Assembly: GCA_938028835.1 (NCBI GenBank)
Contig: CALIMJ010000006.1
Location: 4,759 to 68,758, forward strand
DNA: 64,000 nucleotides
Reading direction: 5' to 3'
DNA from: an uncultured bacterium
Lineage (GTDB): Bacteria; Sysuimicrobiota; Sysuimicrobiia; Sysuimicrobiales; Sysuimicrobiaceae
Part shown: piece by piece, positions 60,761-64,000 of the stretch
Layout: every line of letters starts with the position of its first letter
How positions within the stretch are numbered: position 1 is the stretch's first letter
Made by a program: the position numbers and the translations under genes
Notes under the pieces: model-generated
Told to the model about the DNA's origin: nothing
The model's database searches: none
What the model saw: the letters and a program-made list of their open reading frames with translations, nothing else

Positions 60761-62153
60761 GGCGCGGGTGGGTCTGGTGGTCCTCATCGCCGCGGTGCTG
60801 TTCGCAGCCCTGGTAGTGTTCCTGGGTCAGGGGCTGGTCCGGCCCCGCGGGTACGAGCTGCGGGTGGTCTTCCCTGACGCGGAGGGCTTGAGCCCGGGTA
60901 GCGCCGTGCACCTGGCGGGCGTGCAGATCGGGGCGGTGGAGTCCCTGCGCCTCACGGACGACCACCGGGCGGAGGTGCGGGTACGGATCCGGCCCGAGGT
61001 GCGGGTGCCGCGGGGATCCACGTTCCGCGTGGCCAGCAGCACCCTGTTGGGCAACCGGTTCCTGGCGGTGGTCCCAGGGCCGGGGCCGGACACGCTGGCC
61101 CCGGGAGAAGTGGTGGAGGGCCAGCCGCCCTACTCCGTGGACGTGGTGTTCCGGCGGGTGGACGAGCTGGCCGGAGACCTGCGCCAGGCGGTGGCGGACG
61201 TGCGGCGGACGGTGCAGGCCGCGCAGCGGCTGGTGGACAACCTGGACGCCACGGTGACGGCGGTGCGGGGCGTGGTGACGGACCCGCGGCTGGTGGGCAG
61301 CTTGGTGCGCGCGGCAGGGTACGTGGAGGCGGCCGCGGCGCAGGTGGACCGGGTGGTTACGGACGCGGGCGAGGACGTGCGGACCACGGCCCGGCGGCTG
61401 CGGGAGCTCGCGGAGCACCTGCGGGACACCGCCCGGGAGGTGCAGCGCTTCGTGGAGGAGGCGGCGGCGGAGGGGGAGCTGAGCAGCCGGATCCGGCGCA
61501 CCGCGGCCTCCGTGGAGAGCCTGGCGGGCCGTCTGGACGAGATGGCCCGCACCCTGCAGGAGGGCCTGGTGCGCGAGGACCAGATGCGGGAGGTGCGGGG
61601 ACTGGTGCAGGACGCCCGCCGCGCCATCCGGCAGGCGGAGGACGCCGCGCGGGAAGTCGGCACCGCTGCCCGCCGGGTGGGCGAGGTGGCGGAGCGGGCT
61701 GCGCCCGCCTTGGAACGCATCGGCGGCGTGCTCCGCGCCCCGGAGGGCATTCCCCTTCTGCCCAACCTGCAGCTGACCTACGAGCTGGGCTACGACACCC
61801 GCACCCGTTTCCGGCACGACCTCGACCTGTGGGTGGCGCTGGGCGAGCCGCGCTTCTACCGGCTCGGGCTGCACGACGTGGGCGGCAGCAACTGGCTCAA
61901 CCTGCAGGTGGGCTTCCGGCTGTCCGACACCCTGAGCGGGCGGGTAGGCATTTTGCAGTCCCAGGTGGGTGTGGGGCTGGACTACCGGCCCGAGGCGCCG
62001 TGGTGGCTCTCTCTGGACCTGTACAACCTGAACCGACTGACCCTCGACCTGTCCGGGTACTACGGGTGGACGCCCCACTGGACCGTGGGGGTGCACGTAC
62101 GGGACGTGCTGCAGTCTCCCTCGTACGGGCTCGGCGTGAAGTACCGGTTCTAG
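60750..62153 (+). CDS. mlaD: MlaD/MCE protein with long helical stalk and C-terminal beta-strand domain
   Basis: N-terminal TM, MCE domain (AEGLSPGSAVHLAGVQIGAV...LLGNRF), about 200 aa of helical repeats, amphipathic beta-strands ending YGLGVKYRF. Confidence 0.85.
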   Translation: MKPEARVGLVVLIAAVLFAALVVFLGQGLVRPRGYELRVVFPDAEGLSPGSAVHLAGVQIGAVESLRLTDDHRAEVRVRIRPEVRVPRGSTFRVASSTLLGNRFLAVVPGPGPDTLAPGEVVEGQPPYSVDVVFRRVDELAGDLRQAVADVRRTVQAAQRLVDNLDATVTAVRGVVTDPRLVGSLVRAAGYVEAAAAQVDRVVTDAGEDVRTTARRLRELAEHLRDTAREVQRFVEEAAAEGELSSRIRRTAASVESLAGRLDEMARTLQEGLVREDQMREVRGLVQDARRAIRQAEDAAREVGTAARRVGEVAERAAPALERIGGVLRAPEGIPLLPNLQLTYELGYDTRTRFRHDLDLWVALGEPRFYRLGLHDVGGSNWLNLQVGFRLSDTLSGRVGILQSQVGVGLDYRPEAPWWLSLDLYNLNRLTLDLSGYYGWTPHWTVGVHVRDVLQSPSYGLGVKYRF

Positions 62154-62193
62154 AAAGAAAGCATCGGGGGTGCCGGCTGGCCGGCACCCCCGA
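62152..62193 (-). terminator. Intrinsic terminator downstream of the small Lys-rich gene (possibly bidirectional)
   Basis: Hairpin TCGGGGGTGCCGG...CCGGCACCCCCGA followed by TGCTTTCTTTCT on the minus strand. Confidence 0.75.
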
Positions 62194-62214
62194 GACCTCC
62201 AGCACCCCCCGCGT

Positions 62215-62304
62215 CTACCGCTTCTTGCGGGCGGCCTTCTTCGCCGTCTTCTTGGCGGAGGTCTTCTTGGCGGTGGCCTTCTTGGCCGCCTTCTTCGCCG
62301 CCAT
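62215..62304 (-). CDS. 29-aa Lys/Ala-rich histone-H1-like microprotein
   Basis: MAAKKAAKKATAKKTSAKKTAKKAARKKR*. Strong RBS AAAGGAGGT, GC3-rich codons, own terminator. Below the ORF-track length cutoff. Confidence 0.75.
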   Translation of the reverse strand: MAAKKAAKKATAKKTSAKKTAKKAARKKR

Positions 62305-62402
62305 GGCTCGGTACCTCCTTTCCTGTGGTTTGAGGTACCCTTACGCGCAGTCGCCCGGAACTCCTGCTGGCGCCGGAAAAATTTTTCCGTCCCCGCCCGG
62401 CC

Positions 62403-63428
62403 CTACCCCGCCACCGCGGCGCGCATCGCCCGCACCGCACGTTCCACGCCTCCGTCGTCCACGTGGCGGTGCGTGACGAACCGGATCGTGCGGGCGTCCA
62501 AGGCGAGGGCCAGAACCCCGTGCGCCCGCAGCCGTTCCACCACCCCGGGCGCGTCCGCCACCCGCGCCAGCACGATGTTGGTCTGCACGCGGTCCGGATC
62601 CACCTCCACTCCCGGGATCTCCGCCAGCCCCTCCGCCAGCACCCGCGCACGCCGGTGGTCTTCCCACAGGCGGTCCACCATCTCCCGCAGGGCCACCAGC
62701 CCCGCCGCGGCCAGAACCCCCACCTGGCGCATGCCCCCGCCCAACGCCTTTCGCCACCGGCGCGCCTCCTCCACGAACGCTTCCGACCCGCACAGCACGG
62801 AACCGGCTGGCGCGCTGAGCCCTTTCGACAGGGACACCATGACGCTGTCCACGGGCGCGGCCAGGTCCGCGGCGGCGACGCCCAACGCCACCGCGGCGTT
62901 AAAGAGCCGCGCGCCGTCCAGGTGGACCCGCAGGCCCCGGGCGTGGGCCCACCGTGCTACGGCCGCGGTGCGGTCCGGTCGATACGCCACGCCGCCCGCG
63001 CGGTTGTGGGTGTTCTCCAGCCACACCAGACGCGCGGGCGGCCGGTGTACGTCGGGCGGGCCCACCGCCGCCTCCAGCTCCTCCAAGGTGGGGTGGCCGT
63101 CCCCGGTCCGCAGCGGTTGGGGGAAAGCGCCCGCGAGCACGCTCATCCCGCCCGCCTCGTAGTGCAGCACGTGGGCCTCCGCGTCCGCGAGCACGGCGTC
63201 CCCGCGCCGGCAGTGCGTCAGCACCGCTACCAGATTGGCCATCGTCCCGCTGGCGCAGAACAGCCCTGCCGGGTGTCCCACCATCCGCGCCGCGAACCCC
63301 TCCAGCTCGGCCACCGTGGGGTCCTCGCGGAACACGTCGTCGCCCACCCGGGCTGTGGCCATGGCCTCCCGCATCCGGTCGGTGGGCTGCGTGACGGTGT
63401 CGCTGCGCAGGTCGACGGTGCCCCCCAC
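62403..63428 (-). CDS. ltaE: Low-specificity L-threonine aldolase
   Basis: DLRSDTVT, SGTMAN, LENTHN, HLDGARLFNAA, SLSKGLSAP, GGGMRQVG. Confidence 0.92.
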   Translation of the reverse strand: MGGTVDLRSDTVTQPTDRMREAMATARVGDDVFREDPTVAELEGFAARMVGHPAGLFCASGTMANLVAVLTHCRRGDAVLADAEAHVLHYEAGGMSVLAGAFPQPLRTGDGHPTLEELEAAVGPPDVHRPPARLVWLENTHNRAGGVAYRPDRTAAVARWAHARGLRVHLDGARLFNAAVALGVAAADLAAPVDSVMVSLSKGLSAPAGSVLCGSEAFVEEARRWRKALGGGMRQVGVLAAAGLVALREMVDRLWEDHRRARVLAEGLAEIPGVEVDPDRVQTNIVLARVADAPGVVERLRAHGVLALALDARTIRFVTHRHVDDGGVERAVRAMRAAVAG

Positions 63429-63432
63429 GGCC

Positions 63433-63723
63433 TCACTCCGCGGGTTCGCCGCGCGAGGCCTGGTACAGGCCGATCCCCCTCCCCGCGATCCCCGAGGCCA
63501 GGTAGCCGAGCAGAAACAGGAAGATGGCCTTCAGGACCAGGGCCAGGGCCAGCCCCATGTCCGGCCCTCCCTGCGGCGGCCGCGCCACCTGGCTCAAACT
63601 GTTGCCGGTGAGCTCCGTGTACGCCACGTAGAAGACGAACAGCAACAGCACCACCCCCAGCACGAACACCGCCAGTCCCAGGACGCGCCCGGGCGCGTCG
63701 GTCCCTCTCGCCGTCTGGTTCAT
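63433..63723 (-). CDS. Small two-TM membrane protein
   Basis: Two hydrophobic segments, in-operon position with RBS. Confidence 0.6.
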   Translation of the reverse strand: MNQTARGTDAPGRVLGLAVFVLGVVLLLFVFYVAYTELTGNSLSQVARPPQGGPDMGLALALVLKAIFLFLLGYLASGIAGRGIGLYQASRGEPAE

Positions 63724-63784
63724 CCCTGCACCTCGTCGGAAGTGTATCCCCGCCCTGGAAAGACCCTCACCGACCCGACCTCCG

Positions 63785-64000
63785 CTAGCCCACCCGAGCG
63801 TGGTCCAGGGCCCGCGGGCACAAAGGACAGGTGTTGGTCTCCGGCAGGCGCGCGATGCTCTCCAGGATGAGGTCCCGCAGCTTGGCGTTGTTGGCCGCGA
63901 ACTGCCGCATCACCTCCTCCGCGGTCACCGGGGTCGCGGTGGGGTCGCCTTCCACGCCCACGTCGTAGTCGGTGACCAGGGAGATGTTCACGTAACACAG
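63785..64000 (-). CDS. mtnP: S-methyl-5'-thioadenosine phosphorylase, C-terminal part (5' end outside window)
   Basis: CYVNISLVTDYD...V...F..N...C..C..AL, the MTAP C-terminus. Confidence 0.75.
   Translation of the reverse strand: MCYVNISLVTDYDVGVEGDPTATPVTAEEVMRQFAANNAKLRDLILESIARLPETNTCPLCPRALDHARVG

Noticed and set aside
61140-61740. DNA-level tandem repeat in mlaD
   Set aside because: Only protein-level helical periodicity is present; I could not find an exact nucleotide repeat unit.

Overview
Very GC-rich bacterial chromosome segment. It combines Firmicutes-like features (T-box before pheS, yqzL-like gene, cvpA-polX-mutS2 synteny) with an MlaEFD system whose MlaD ends in a predicted beta-barrel. 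This suggests a diderm Terrabacteria lineage such as Armatimonadota (inference only). Positions 1-20 kb hold an anaerobic aromatic-degradation island: a class I ATP-dependent benzoyl-CoA reductase (apparently MBR-like), 4-hydroxybenzoyl-CoA reductase HcrCAB, a dienoyl-CoA hydratase, an SDR, an amidohydrolase, a hemerythrin, a CoA ligase, UbiD/UbiX, a family III CoA transferase and two regulators. The two reductase operons share a palindromic operator. An internally deleted IS607 element sits at a deletion scar that truncates the CoA transferase and a second ubiD. The rest of the window holds a guaB-like gene lacking the IMPDH RY flap, c-di-GMP enzymes, a pur operon (D-A-B-C-S-Q-L-F-M-N-H, no purE/K), an IS3 remnant, a coiled-coil protein with a 126-bp tandem repeat, tyrS, a DNA-repair cluster, pheST with T-box, infC-rpmI-rplT with L20 leader, mlaEFD, an unannotated 29-aa histone-H1-like Lys/Ala microprotein, ltaE and the end of mtnP. 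No CRISPR array, rRNA or tRNA gene was seen. All calls come from reading motifs by eye; no database search was run.
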